Below are positions 49,277 to 59,576 of a stretch of 64,000 bases of DNA, piece by piece (the stretch's first letter is position 1; each line of letters opens with the position of its first letter). The DNA is taken from IMG/VR virus record IMGVR_UViG_3300028048_000076, one strand, 5' to 3'. The notes under the pieces are model-generated. The model had not been told where the DNA came from and ran no database searches. It was given only the letters and a program-made list of their open reading frames with translations. Source of the stretch: a virus. Taxonomy: Duplodnaviria > Heunggongvirae > Uroviricota > Caudoviricetes. The translations under genes were made by a program, and so were the position numbers.

Positions 49277-49314
49277 GTGTAAAAAATTCCCTACCTATAT
49301 TAGTAGGGAATTAG
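49277..49314 (-). terminator. rho-independent terminator of the helicase gene (minus strand)
   Basis: Inverted repeat ttccctac/gtagggaa with an A-run on the plus strand, which gives a U-run on the minus-strand transcript. Confidence 0.65.
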
Positions 49315-49316
49315 TT

Positions 49317-50717
49317 TTAAAAATCAACTACTTGCATGTTCTTTTTCCATTCAGGTTCAGTTTCATACAATGCTTTCCTGTAGAGAAAATGCTTATAGAA
49401 TGTGGGATTTTTATCCATGAAATCATACACATAAGCTTGATTGCGACCCTCATATAATCTCAGTACACGACCTACACGCTGAAATGCACGAGTAGAAGAC
49501 TTACCACTAGCAGTAAGGATAAGCACCTTCAGTGCAGGGCAATCCAACCCTTCATCAGCAATAGTAGAACCAAGAAGAATTTTTACTTTTTCTTGTCTAG
49601 CACCTTCAAGAATTGCATTACGCATTTCCATATCAGTTTCTCCACTAATAAGTTCTACAGTATGTAAATGATAAATTTTATTTTTATATTTTACATCAAC
49701 AGGTTTAGAGCCAAATTGTTTTTCAATAATGGATTTTAGGTGCAAGCCGTGATGAATACGACCAAATAGAACAAGAATAGAACCATAGTTATTTTTAATA
49801 GAGTGGTCAATGATTTTTAAAACTTTATCATTTCTTTCCTTATTATTAACAATGGCGGTGTCATATGTTTTTTCGTAATTTCCTAACCAACCACAAACAT
49901 CTTCCTGTGGAACAAAATTGATTTTGCAAGGAGTTAATTTCCCTTTCCTAATTAAAGTAGATGCATTAATGTTAGATTTTGGATTACGAACATTGATTGC
50001 TCCCTCGATTAAAAGGTCATCATTGCCATCACGCCAAGGCGTAGCAGATACCGCACAACGGTAATATGCATTTCTTGCCCCTTTTGCTACATCAAATAGG
50101 GTTTTTGCTCCAAGGAATTGGCATTCATCAACCAAGAGTGCTTTTGCTTCTCCAAGAAGTTCGGATTTTAATACAGTTTGTGGAGTTACAACTGTAATAT
50201 CTTGAATGTCAGTTTCTAATCCTGTCATGACCCCAACTTTCACTCCAAGAAATTTGGAAATTTCATCACGTAACTGATAGGCAAGAGTGGCTTTGGGAGA
50301 TAATACAATAACAGGTTTAACGTTGAATTTTGCAATAGCACTAGCCATCATGACAGTTTTGCCTGCCCCGGTTGCAGCTTGAACAATAGTACGAGTATTA
50401 AGGTTATCATATACATTCTGCTGATAATCTCTCAATTCAACCCATTCTTCCATATCGAAGCCTGCGTTTGATACAGGTTTGATACGTTTGTCTATAATTT
50501 CAACCTGTAATCCTGCTTTTTTGCATTCATTAACAACATAAGGGATAAGTCCTGTGTAAGTCATGCAAGTTTTTGGATTAAATAAAACTTTCAATTGTTT
50601 CGGTGCACCAAAACCACCAATAGTATAGGAAAGCTTATTTGCTATTTTGTATTTTAACATTTCATCTTCAATGCCATATGCTTTACATAAAACATTTCCA
50701 TACTCAATTCTTACCAT
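49317..50717 (-). CDS. SF2 helicase (DEAD/DEAH-box, ResIII-like)
   Basis: Walker A ATGAGKT, DECQ box, SATPW, and motif VI QRVGRVLR. Length 466 aa. Confidence 0.8.
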   Translation of the reverse strand: MVRIEYGNVLCKAYGIEDEMLKYKIANKLSYTIGGFGAPKQLKVLFNPKTCMTYTGLIPYVVNECKKAGLQVEIIDKRIKPVSNAGFDMEEWVELRDYQQNVYDNLNTRTIVQAATGAGKTVMMASAIAKFNVKPVIVLSPKATLAYQLRDEISKFLGVKVGVMTGLETDIQDITVVTPQTVLKSELLGEAKALLVDECQFLGAKTLFDVAKGARNAYYRCAVSATPWRDGNDDLLIEGAINVRNPKSNINASTLIRKGKLTPCKINFVPQEDVCGWLGNYEKTYDTAIVNNKERNDKVLKIIDHSIKNNYGSILVLFGRIHHGLHLKSIIEKQFGSKPVDVKYKNKIYHLHTVELISGETDMEMRNAILEGARQEKVKILLGSTIADEGLDCPALKVLILTASGKSSTRAFQRVGRVLRLYEGRNQAYVYDFMDKNPTFYKHFLYRKALYETEPEWKKNMQVVDF

Positions 50718-50907
50718 TGTAATTACTTCCTTTCATGTAATCCCTCAACTTTATATTTATTATAACTTATTTAACTATTTTTGTCAACACTTTTTTAAAA
50801 TTTTACAAAAAAGTTACTTGTGTGCTATAATATATTAAACTCTCGCATTGAAAATATTTAGTATGTAGAACTTATTAAACGATTACAACCAAAGGAAGTG
50901 ATTTTAC

Positions 50908-51447
50908 ATGAGAATTGGTATTGATATTGATGGTACTATTAACAATTTTACGGATGTTGCTGTAAAGTATGTAGAAAAAGATTACGGAATTAAATGGAAT
51001 GGTGTAGATTATAACATTTACCCAAATATGAATTTAAAAGAAATCCATGCTTTTATGGACAAATATCGTGAAGAATTTGTACAGGAAGTACAGCCGTTGG
51101 AAAATGCAAAAGAAGTTATTGATGAATTGCTCAATGCCAAGAATCAAATCTTCTTCATTACGGCTCGTGATTATCTTGTAGCTGATGATACGTTACGTTG
51201 GCTTCGAATGAACGGTTTTAGTTATACGGATATTTTATTCAATTGTGGTAATAAAGTGGATGCTTGCAAGTTCAAGCAAGTGGATTTTATGATTGATGAT
51301 TCTCCACATAATTTGATGGCTTTAAATAAAGGGAATGTTCCTTATATTGTTTTTGACCAACCATATAATCAGGATATTTATGGAGAAGAGTTTAGAGCAA
51401 AAAATTGGAACGATTTGTATAATTTTTTTGGATTTTTTAGTATGTAA
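50908..51447 (+). CDS. HAD-superfamily hydrolase (putative 5'(3')-deoxyribonucleotidase)
   Basis: HAD motif I GIDIDGT, motif II FITAR, motif III Lys, and motif IV MIDDSPHN. Confidence 0.55.
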   Translation: MRIGIDIDGTINNFTDVAVKYVEKDYGIKWNGVDYNIYPNMNLKEIHAFMDKYREEFVQEVQPLENAKEVIDELLNAKNQIFFITARDYLVADDTLRWLRMNGFSYTDILFNCGNKVDACKFKQVDFMIDDSPHNLMALNKGNVPYIVFDQPYNQDIYGEEFRAKNWNDLYNFFGFFSM

Positions 51448-51459
51448 GGAAATGATATT

Positions 51460-51696
51460 ATGGACTTTATGATAACATTTTTCTTTGGTGTACTGATAGG
51501 AATTGGAATATGGTTCTTATTTTTTAAACACAATTCAGGACAAGAGCAAATTCAACAAACTTGGACAGAAGTGAAAAATGGTAAAAAAGAAACTCATACC
51601 TTGACACAGATTAAGGTCAATGGTATAATCGTATCGTCAAATGAAACAATTGTGACAAGTGATGGACGAACAACTCAAATTCAGAAAGGATATTGA
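51460..51696 (+). CDS. small membrane protein
   Basis: 78 aa with an N-terminal transmembrane segment. Confidence 0.35.
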   Translation: MDFMITFFFGVLIGIGIWFLFFKHNSGQEQIQQTWTEVKNGKKETHTLTQIKVNGIIVSSNETIVTSDGRTTQIQKGY

Positions 51697-52086
51697 ATGA
51701 ATTTAGATAAACTTACGAAAGTATGTTTTGCAATGGTATTTTCTTTTTGTATAATTTCTTTGTGCGTAATAGGAATAGCATCTTGCATTTTACAAGAAAA
51801 AGATGGTTATCAACCACCGCCAATCACAGAAAAACAATCTGAACCTGTATGGAAATGGAAAACTATCACTGCTGAATATAAAGGTATTGACTGTGGGAGA
51901 GTTATTGTATATGATACAGAAGATGATATGACTTTTAAATATAGTGCACAAGATTTGGGATTAGGAATGTATTTAAAAATGAAAAATTCGCCTGTTGGTA
52001 CAAAAGTTAAAATTGAAGTTGATTCATTGGTTGATGAATCAACAGGAGAAGTCTTAGAAAGGCAATCATATAAACTTTGGCTATAA
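51697..52086 (+). CDS. membrane-anchored hypothetical protein
   Basis: 129 aa with an N-terminal transmembrane segment. A terminator follows at 52090..52120. Confidence 0.4.
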   Translation: MNLDKLTKVCFAMVFSFCIISLCVIGIASCILQEKDGYQPPPITEKQSEPVWKWKTITAEYKGIDCGRVIVYDTEDDMTFKYSAQDLGLGMYLKMKNSPVGTKVKIEVDSLVDESTGEVLERQSYKLWL

Positions 52087-52202
52087 TTTTGAAACCACTC
52101 TTAATTGAGTGGTTTTTTTGTTAGTTATGGTAGTAGAACATAAAGAAAAACGAAAAAACTATTGTTTTAGTGAATAAAATTTTTAAGGTGGTGAAAAACT
52201 TC

Positions 52203-53366
52203 ATGGATAAGAATGAATTATCACTACAATCTTTGTATGATTTGATTCAGAAGAAAGCTGATAATAATCACACACATACATTTATTGGTTCTATTGAAAG
52301 TGCTTTATCTTTACAAGGAATCAGTTATGAAAATTTTGCTAGAAAAGATTTAAAAGATGAAGAAGTCAAAGCATATTATGATGAAGTTACAAGGGCTATT
52401 TCTTCTAAAAATACAACAATTACGTTAAAGGCGCAAGATAATCGTGCAAAGATTGAGATTAATAACAAAAATTTAAGTACCCATAATTTAGCAATCACAG
52501 GTAATAAAAATGAAGATGTGGTTGTAAATGTTAAAGGTAGAATGCTTATTAATGAATCACCTGTACTAACAATGGATGATTCAGGTAAAATTACAGGTGT
52601 AAATTTTGATGATTTGGATGTTTCAGGACAAGGCATTATCGTTGATGAAGGTGAACCTACAAAAACAAAAGACCATACTATTTGGGGTAGGGTAGAATCA
52701 GAAGATAATGTGGCTGATACAACTCCGATTGCAAATAATACTATGTATACCGTTCCTGTTGGAACAATCATTAGACATTTATCCACAAGTGTTCCCAATG
52801 GGTTTCTTCGTGCAAATGGGCAGGTTGTTTCTCGCGTAGCATATCGTGGATTATGGGAATTTGCAAAAGCTCGTGCCCCACTTGTTACTGATGCAGATTG
52901 GCAGGCATTGTATAAAAACTCCACAACCAAAATTTTGAAATATAGCTATGGTAATGGCACTGATACATTCCGTTTGCCTAATATTCCAACAGGTGATGAT
53001 ACCATTTATATGGTTAAAGCCTTTGATGAATTATCAACAAGACAACAATTGAATCTTGCAACGATTGAAGCAAATGTAAAAGAATTACAGAACAACAAAG
53101 TAGTTACAGGTGTTGGATTTATGAAATTTGCAGATGGTGGGTTAATTCAGTATGGCATTTCTTATGGTAATACTTGCTATTACACTTTGCCATTTATTGA
53201 TAACACATATACAATTCTTCCTAACTATGAAGGTTCTGCAAAAGGTGTTGATATTTCGATTGTAAATAAAGGTGCAACAACTGCAACTTTTGCGGTCACA
53301 AACGCAACAGGGGTTACTTTAACAAGTGCAAAGATTAACTTTTTGGCTATTGGTAGGTGGAAATAA
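52203..53366 (+). CDS. tail fibre protein with phage tail-collar domain
   Basis: GGTGGTG ribosome-binding site before ATG 52203. The collar-domain pattern is VGTIIRHLSTSVPNGFLRANGQVVSRVAYRGLWEF...GNGTDTFRLPNI. Confidence 0.6.
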   Translation: MDKNELSLQSLYDLIQKKADNNHTHTFIGSIESALSLQGISYENFARKDLKDEEVKAYYDEVTRAISSKNTTITLKAQDNRAKIEINNKNLSTHNLAITGNKNEDVVVNVKGRMLINESPVLTMDDSGKITGVNFDDLDVSGQGIIVDEGEPTKTKDHTIWGRVESEDNVADTTPIANNTMYTVPVGTIIRHLSTSVPNGFLRANGQVVSRVAYRGLWEFAKARAPLVTDADWQALYKNSTTKILKYSYGNGTDTFRLPNIPTGDDTIYMVKAFDELSTRQQLNLATIEANVKELQNNKVVTGVGFMKFADGGLIQYGISYGNTCYYTLPFIDNTYTILPNYEGSAKGVDISIVNKGATTATFAVTNATGVTLTSAKINFLAIGRWK

Positions 53367-53812
53367 TGAGATATTTTGCTGAATTTGCTATAACAGGAGA
53401 ACGTTTGTATACTTATGTTGCAGATGGTATGCCTTATACGGCAGAAGATATTATGCTGAAATATCCACAGGCGGTTGAAATTACTGAAGAAGAACAGGCT
53501 TTATATTTGCAAGGATATATTCGTGGAGAAAATGGAAAGCCTGTTTTAAAAGAAGTCGAAGCTGATGCTGAGTCTAATATTGAAAAAGTTCGTGAAGCAA
53601 AAGTAGAAGAAATTCAATACTTAGCCAAGCAGAAACTTGTGGACACAGACCATGAAATTGTGGAATATTTAGAATTGCATAATTTAAGTGATGAAGAATA
53701 TGAAATGCTAAAGAGTAGAAGACAATCAATTCGTGATTTACGAGACTCTTTGATTGATATGGTATTTCAATTAGATGATATTGAAGCAATTGAAGCAGTT
53801 AATTTTAAATAA
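53357..53812 (+). CDS. hypothetical acidic protein
   Basis: 151-aa ORF overlapping the previous gene by 10 nt. Confidence 0.45.
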   Translation: MEIMRYFAEFAITGERLYTYVADGMPYTAEDIMLKYPQAVEITEEEQALYLQGYIRGENGKPVLKEVEADAESNIEKVREAKVEEIQYLAKQKLVDTDHEIVEYLELHNLSDEEYEMLKSRRQSIRDLRDSLIDMVFQLDDIEAIEAVNFK

Positions 53813-53890
53813 TTATTGACAAAATGCATATATTATGATACTATGGTGTTGGAAAAACACCGTAGTATTTTTTTTCAGGAGGGATTTAAA

Positions 53891-54568
53891 ATGAAATTGA
53901 ATGAGTACAAAAGAGTATTTGCAATTGGAGATATTCATGGTCAGTATGATAAACTTGTAGACCTGTGGAATAAAATTAATTTTAATGATAAGGAAGATTT
54001 CGCAATTTTTCTTGGTGATTATATTGACCGTGGAAAAAAATCTGTAGATTGCTTGAAATTCATTAAGAATCTTGTTGAAACAAATAAAAACATTGTCGCC
54101 CTGAAAGGCAATCATGAAGACTTTATGATGAATTATTTTACTAAGTTTTCTATTAAAGATAACGTTAATGATATTTGGCTTCTACATAATAATGGCGGTG
54201 ACGTTACTGTTGGACAGTTAAAACAGATGGACGAAAAGGAAGTATCTGATTTAATTCGATTTGTTGAAGAACTGCCTGTGTATTTTGATAAAATGGAAGG
54301 GTATTTCTTTGTTCATGCAGGAATTAATCCACAATTTGATGTGTATAATCAGGCGTATGAAAACTATTTGTGGATTCGTGAAGAATTTCTTGATGTGTAT
54401 GAAGGAGATTTGACTTTTGTTGTGGGGCATACACCTGTTCAGTATTATGGGGAAAATACGCCCATAAAATTAGAGAACAATATTATTATGATGGACACAG
54501 GTGCAGCATTAGGAATGAAAATTTCTGCAATTGATTTAAATGCAATGAAAGTAATTCAGAGTTGTTAA
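53891..54568 (+). CDS. Ser/Thr protein phosphatase (PPP family, lambda-phosphatase-like)
   Basis: AGGAGGG ribosome-binding site before ATG 53891. PPP motifs GDIHGQ, GDYIDRG and GNHE are present. Confidence 0.8.
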   Translation: MKLNEYKRVFAIGDIHGQYDKLVDLWNKINFNDKEDFAIFLGDYIDRGKKSVDCLKFIKNLVETNKNIVALKGNHEDFMMNYFTKFSIKDNVNDIWLLHNNGGDVTVGQLKQMDEKEVSDLIRFVEELPVYFDKMEGYFFVHAGINPQFDVYNQAYENYLWIREEFLDVYEGDLTFVVGHTPVQYYGENTPIKLENNIIMMDTGAALGMKISAIDLNAMKVIQSC

Positions 54569-54570
54569 TA

Positions 54571-55674
54571 ATGGTGACGAGGGGAAAAGAATTGCAAAAT
54601 CAGCGAATAAAAAAGGATTTAACGGGTAAACGATTTGGAAAATGGACTGTCATAGAATATTATGGTCGTGATAGTGCTAGGCATAGTTTGTGGAAATGTA
54701 AATGTGACTGTGGTAATGAAGGTGTTCGAAAAACGTCTGCATTGTTAAGTGGGTGTTCAAAACAATGTATAAAATGTGCAAATAAACAAGGGCAGTTAAA
54801 ACGAAAGCTTAATCATACCAAACCTGTGTTGGAAAGCACAAGAATCAATTTGATTTTTCATGAGCCGATAAAAAAAACAATCAATAATTATGAGTCTATA
54901 AAAACAGCGTTGGTCGGAAAAACATTTGGCAAATATACAATTCTTGATTGCTTAAAGCCTAAAAAAGACATTAAAGTTGTTTTTAAATGCAACAAATGCG
55001 GATATATTGGAAATATAACCAAACATAATTTTTTTCGCAACAAAACACATCACTGTAATTGTCATACTAACGGTCAAACCGAAGAGTTGATTGGAAAACG
55101 TTTTGGTAAATTAACTGTTACTAAAATTGTTGGCAAAAAAAGATATTTTGACAAAGCAAAAAGTAATTATAAAGTAGCTATAAGACTGTTGTGCAAATGT
55201 GATTGTGGAAAAGATTATGAAGTATATCTATCCAATTTGACGAGTGGTGCAATAACATCTTGTTTGGCTTGTGCAAAAATTCAAAAACAAGAACAGACAG
55301 GTTTTGTGGGTCAGAAATTTGGTACATTGACAGTTGTAAAATATAGTTATGAAAATCGCAAATGGCTTTTGCGGTGCGATTGCGGAAATGAAGTATATCG
55401 AACAATGTCGAGTTTGAAAAATGTTGTACATAAAGATTTACTGACTTGTGGTGACTATACCAAGCATTTAAAAAAAACATATCGCAAAAAATTGGAAGGT
55501 AAACGTTTTGGTAAATTAACTGTTTTGGCTTATGTCAAACGAAACAATCAAAATGTATATAAATGCCAATGTGATTGTGGGGCAATTTCGTACAGGGCAA
55601 GTAATTGTCTCGTAGAAGGTAAAGAATTATGTTGTCAAAAATGTTTTAAAGAACGGTATAAGAAAACGTCTTAA
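54571..55674 (+). CDS. five-fold tandem zinc-ribbon repeat protein
   Basis: A module of about 75 aa recurs five times: GKRFGKLTV..Y...(x n)..KC.CDCG.E...(x n)..CxxC. Start uncertain. No nuclease domain seen. Confidence 0.45.
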   Translation: MVTRGKELQNQRIKKDLTGKRFGKWTVIEYYGRDSARHSLWKCKCDCGNEGVRKTSALLSGCSKQCIKCANKQGQLKRKLNHTKPVLESTRINLIFHEPIKKTINNYESIKTALVGKTFGKYTILDCLKPKKDIKVVFKCNKCGYIGNITKHNFFRNKTHHCNCHTNGQTEELIGKRFGKLTVTKIVGKKRYFDKAKSNYKVAIRLLCKCDCGKDYEVYLSNLTSGAITSCLACAKIQKQEQTGFVGQKFGTLTVVKYSYENRKWLLRCDCGNEVYRTMSSLKNVVHKDLLTCGDYTKHLKKTYRKKLEGKRFGKLTVLAYVKRNNQNVYKCQCDCGAISYRASNCLVEGKELCCQKCFKERYKKTS

Positions 55675-55683
55675 ATATTTTTA

Positions 55684-55712
55684 AAGAGAAGATTACGTTC
55701 TTCTCTTTTTTT
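55684..55712 (+). terminator. rho-independent terminator
   Basis: Inverted repeat gagaag/cttctc followed by a T-run. Confidence 0.6.
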
Positions 55713-55765
55713 TATATAATAAAGGAGTGATAAACGCATTAAATGTTTTTAGGAGGAATTTCTTT

Positions 55766-56968
55766 ATGAACCCAATTAGTTCAGCAGACAAAAAGAAAAA
55801 ACTTGCCGCACTTAAAAAAGTAATGGGTGGTTTGCAAAAGAAAACAGGTGATGGCAACATCATTCAGATTCTTGGTCAAAAACCAATGGATGACAAAGAA
55901 CGTTTTCAAACAGGGTTTTTGACTCTCGACTATGCAACAGGTGGCGGTATTCGCCGTGGTACAATCGGTGAGTTGTTTGGGCCTGAATCGTCAGGTAAAT
56001 CTCTTGTTTGTCAGAAAATTATTGCTTCTGCACAGAAAATTGGTGCTGTGTGTGCATATGTAGATATGGAGCAGACATTTGACCCTATTTTTGCACGAAA
56101 ACTTGGTGTTAATGTAGATGAACTTATTTTGTCTCAGCCACGTTCTTTGCAACAGGCATTTGAAGTAATTGATGGTCTTGTTGATGCAGGAATTGATATT
56201 ATTGTTCTTGACTCTGTAGCAACACTTGTACCTGAAGAGGAACTTGAGGGAGAAATTGGCAAACAGACAATCGGTTTGGTTGCTCGTTATATGTCACAGT
56301 TCCTTCGCCGTTTGAATGTTAAGATTGCTGATTCTCAAAGTTCTGTACTCTTCGTAAACCAGGTAAGGGATAAGGTGGGAGTTTTATATGGCAATCCTGA
56401 GGAAACTCCTGGAGGTAAGGCCCTAAAATTCTATTGTTCCCTTCGTATGCGTGTATCTAAATCTGCGGAAGGTATGATTAAACCAAAAGCAGATGCAGAA
56501 CCTATCGGTCAGGGAATTCGTGTAAAATGTGTTAAAAATAAAACTGCACCTCCATTCCGTCAGGCAGAATTCAAAGTTTACTTTGATGGTCGTGAGACTT
56601 CTGAAGTTGATGAAATTGCCGATATTGCACTTGCAAAAGGTTTGATTCCAAAGTACAATGCCGCAGGAGAATTGACCCCTACAGGTAGACAGTATCGTTG
56701 GGCAGATGAACCTGAATTCCTTGCTAAATCAAAAGCAGAAGTTCCTGTACAGCTTAAAAAATTCCCAAAAGTTGCAGAAGCTTTGAAGGAAATTATTGTT
56801 AGCGGCAAATTCGATGAAAACGCTGTTGATTATGATGGTAATTCGGCTGAAAATATGGATTCTGATTATGAAGATGAAGATTTTGAAACCCTGATGAAAG
56901 AAGAAGCTAATGCCATTGAAAATGGCAGTGAAGCAGAGGAAATTGAATCTTCATTTGATGGTATGTAA
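55766..56968 (+). CDS. recA: RecA-family recombinase
   Basis: AGGAGG ribosome-binding site before ATG 55766. Walker A is GPESSGKS. Also present are VDMEQTFDP, the L2-like KALKFYCSLRMRV, and an acidic C-terminal tail. Confidence 0.85.
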   Translation: MNPISSADKKKKLAALKKVMGGLQKKTGDGNIIQILGQKPMDDKERFQTGFLTLDYATGGGIRRGTIGELFGPESSGKSLVCQKIIASAQKIGAVCAYVDMEQTFDPIFARKLGVNVDELILSQPRSLQQAFEVIDGLVDAGIDIIVLDSVATLVPEEELEGEIGKQTIGLVARYMSQFLRRLNVKIADSQSSVLFVNQVRDKVGVLYGNPEETPGGKALKFYCSLRMRVSKSAEGMIKPKADAEPIGQGIRVKCVKNKTAPPFRQAEFKVYFDGRETSEVDEIADIALAKGLIPKYNAAGELTPTGRQYRWADEPEFLAKSKAEVPVQLKKFPKVAEALKEIIVSGKFDENAVDYDGNSAENMDSDYEDEDFETLMKEEANAIENGSEAEEIESSFDGM

Positions 56969-56970
56969 TA

Positions 56971-57003
56971 AATAAAAAGGGAGGCTTAAAACCTCCTTTT
57001 TTA
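56971..57003 (+). terminator. rho-independent terminator
   Basis: aaaaagggaggctt/aaaacctccttttt. Confidence 0.65.
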
Positions 57004-57015
57004 AATTTAAAAATG

Positions 57016-57044
57016 TTGACAAAACATGACAAATATAATATAAT
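57016..57044 (+). promoter_or_regulatory. sigma70 consensus promoter
   Basis: TTGACA (57016..57021), 17-nt spacer, TATAAT (57039..57044). Confidence 0.6.
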
Positions 57045-57075
57045 AATTTTATTATAAGAGAAAGGACTGATTAAT

Positions 57076-57675
57076 TTGTCAACTATAGCAATTTTGTTAT
57101 TGGTTGTTTTGAACTTTGGCATTTCTTGGTGGAACGCTAAAGTGACAGGTCAGATTTGGCTTGAAAGTAAAGCGATTGGTGGAATGAGTCGTGTGATGGC
57201 GTGGGTTGGAGCTATCATGGCTGCAATTGGTTTTACTTATAGTTTTGCAATTATTGTATCTTTTGGATTGATGGCATTTGGATATGGATATATTGCACAG
57301 TATGTATTTGCATTGACTTATTTGTTAATTATCTTCCCTGCTATTGGTACAGGTATTATTGTAATGATTGAATCTTGGATTAGATTCTTCCGTGAACGTA
57401 ATTTAGCTAATCTTGGCGTTGCAGGTTGGAATACATTTGCTAATGCGTTTAATATTTACAATGCAGTTGACGGTATTCCACAATCTGTTTCAATCCTTGG
57501 TGGTCTGTTTGATGATGTAGATTTGGATGAAGATAATTTACCACTTATTGTTATTGGTATTGTTGCATTTTGCTTGATTGGTGGTATTCTTCTTACAAGA
57601 TATATCATTGAAACAAATAAAGGAACTTTGGGCGTATCTCAAGAAGTTAGAGATTCCCACGCTCCAATTCGTTAA
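57076..57675 (+). CDS. integral membrane protein
   Basis: 199 aa with at least 5 transmembrane segments. TTG start. A terminator follows at 57677..57724. Confidence 0.5.
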   Translation: MSTIAILLLVVLNFGISWWNAKVTGQIWLESKAIGGMSRVMAWVGAIMAAIGFTYSFAIIVSFGLMAFGYGYIAQYVFALTYLLIIFPAIGTGIIVMIESWIRFFRERNLANLGVAGWNTFANAFNIYNAVDGIPQSVSILGGLFDDVDLDEDNLPLIVIGIVAFCLIGGILLTRYIIETNKGTLGVSQEVRDSHAPIR

Positions 57676-57847
57676 TAAAAAAACATGCTGTTTGTGTTCT
57701 TAACATAAACAGCATGTTTTTTTTGTGAGACAAACTGTATAGAAATTTTCTTTGAATAATTTTTAAAAAAACTATTGACAAGTTGTTCAAAATAGGTTAA
57801 AATATAATCAAACAAAACAACAAGTGGTTGATAGGAGGAAAAAGAAA

Positions 57848-58105
57848 ATGATTGAAAAAGTTGGATATGGTTCGATTGATTTAGACAAGGCAAAACGGAA
57901 ATATGAAGTTTGTGGTGACGAAATTCGACACAGCTTTGGTGGGTTCGCTTGTCAGTGGCAGGGAGATTCACTTTTTGATGGTTATGGAATGCGTTGCCTT
58001 GGCAATTACGATAGTGGTTACTTGAATCTGTCTAATGGTAATCGCTATTGCGGTGGAAGTAAAAACGAGCTTGCGCTTGTGGCTGCATATGATTGTGATT
58101 GGTAA
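57848..58105 (+). CDS. small Cys-rich hypothetical protein
   Basis: ATAGGAGGAAAAAG ribosome-binding site before ATG 57848. The promoter TTGACA (57775..), 17-nt spacer, TAAAAT lies upstream. Confidence 0.4.
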   Translation: MIEKVGYGSIDLDKAKRKYEVCGDEIRHSFGGFACQWQGDSLFDGYGMRCLGNYDSGYLNLSNGNRYCGGSKNELALVAAYDCDW

Positions 58106-58111
58106 AAAAAG

Positions 58112-58150
58112 TAAAAAAGTATGGTAGAAAATTTCTACCATACTTTTTTT
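58112..58150 (+). terminator. rho-independent terminator
   Basis: Inverted repeat aaaaaagtatggtagaaa/tttctaccatactttttt. Confidence 0.7.
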
Positions 58151-59575
58151 TACGCATTTTTTCGACTGCTGAAAAATATTAAGTTAGTGGGAGGGAAAAC
58201 GAAATATGTTAAAAACTTTTAAAATTGAAGTCAAATTAAATGCAACACAAATTGAAAAAGTTCATGAAAGTATGGGAATTTGCAGATTTTTATACAATCA
58301 ATTTATTGCATATAACAAAAAATTATACAAAATGTATCAACGAGGATTTTTGGATGACAACCAAAAACATTTTTGTAGCGGATATGATTTTGATAAATAT
58401 GTGAATAACAAATTAGCACAGCAATTCCCTTGGATTAAGAATTGTCCTAGCAAAGCTAGGAAACAAATTATTATGAATGCAGATTTAGCATTCAGGAATT
58501 TTTTCACCAATCAAACGAATTTTCCAAGATTTAAGAAGAAAAAGCAAAATAATGTGTCTTTATATTTCCCCAAAAACGGTAAAACTCGATTTATTCTTTT
58601 TGAAAGGCATAAAATTAAAATACCTAAAATAGGTTGGGTATTCCTTAAAGAGTATGGTTATTTACCAAAAGATTGTGTTATAAATTCAATTACTTTGTCA
58701 ACTAAAGCAAATAAATATTTTATTTCCATTCTTACAGAAATTGCAAATAATGATAACCAAATTGTTTTTCATTCTGAAGGAATTGGGATTGATTTGGGTA
58801 TAAAAGAATTAATGACACTATCCAACGGTAAACAAATTAAAAATATTAATAAAAATAACAAAATAAGAAAAATAAACAAAAAAATAAAACGTTTGCAACG
58901 TAGTTTGTCGAGAAAACAACTTGTAAAAAGGAAGGAGTTGAAAAATACTGTTACAAGTTCTCGGAATATAGGTAAAAACATATTAAAAATTCAAAAACAA
59001 TATCTGAAGCTCTCTAATATTAAAGAAGATTATATCAATAAAAATATATCTGATATTGTAAAATTACATCCAAAATATATAGTTTTAGAAGATTTGAATG
59101 TTAAAGGAATGATGAAAAATCGTCATTTATCTAAAGCTATAGCAAAATGTAGTTTTTATAGCATACGACAAAAATTACATTCCAAATGTAATCAATATGG
59201 TATAGAGTTAAGAATTGTGGATAAATTTTATCCTTCTTCTAAAATGTGTAGTTGCTGTGGTTCTATAAAAAAAGATTTAAAACTGAAAGATAGAACTTAT
59301 ATTTGTACAACCTGCGGATTGATAGAAGATAGAGATATAAATGCAAGCATTAATTTAATGCAAGCAAAAGAATATAAAGTTTTATGATTTGGTAAATAGA
59401 GAAAACTTTATATATGTACCGATGGTTAGTCGGGAATTTACGACTATGGAGAATTATACCAAATGTTATTACTTTTTTTAGGAAAGCAGATTCAATGAAA
59501 TAGTAAGATAAAACTGTGAAGTTTATCCAAAACATCAATATATATTTGACTATATATTTTGTAACAGGAAAGATT
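58151..59575 (+). mobile_element. second IS200/IS605-family element with tnpB only (different lineage from the first)
   Basis: tnpB plus a structured downstream segment. Boundaries are approximate. Confidence 0.5.
58206..59387 (+). CDS. tnpB: TnpB (OrfB_IS605) RNA-guided endonuclease
   Basis: 393 aa. Motifs IGIDLGI, VLEDLN, a CSCCG...CTTCG zinc ribbon, and [10 protein letters not shown]. Confidence 0.85.
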   Translation: MLKTFKIEVKLNATQIEKVHESMGICRFLYNQFIAYNKKLYKMYQRGFLDDNQKHFCSGYDFDKYVNNKLAQQFPWIKNCPSKARKQIIMNADLAFRNFFTNQTNFPRFKKKKQNNVSLYFPKNGKTRFILFERHKIKIPKIGWVFLKEYGYLPKDCVINSITLSTKANKYFISILTEIANNDNQIVFHSEGIGIDLGIKELMTLSNGKQIKNINKNNKIRKINKKIKRLQRSLSRKQLVKRKELKNTVTSSRNIGKNILKIQKQYLKLSNIKEDYINKNISDIVKLHPKYIVLEDLNVKGMMKNRHLSKAIAKCSFYSIRQKLHSKCNQYGIELRIVDKFYPSSKMCSCCGSIKKDLKLKDRTYICTTCGLIEDRDINASINLMQAKEYKVL

Positions 59576-59576
59576 A

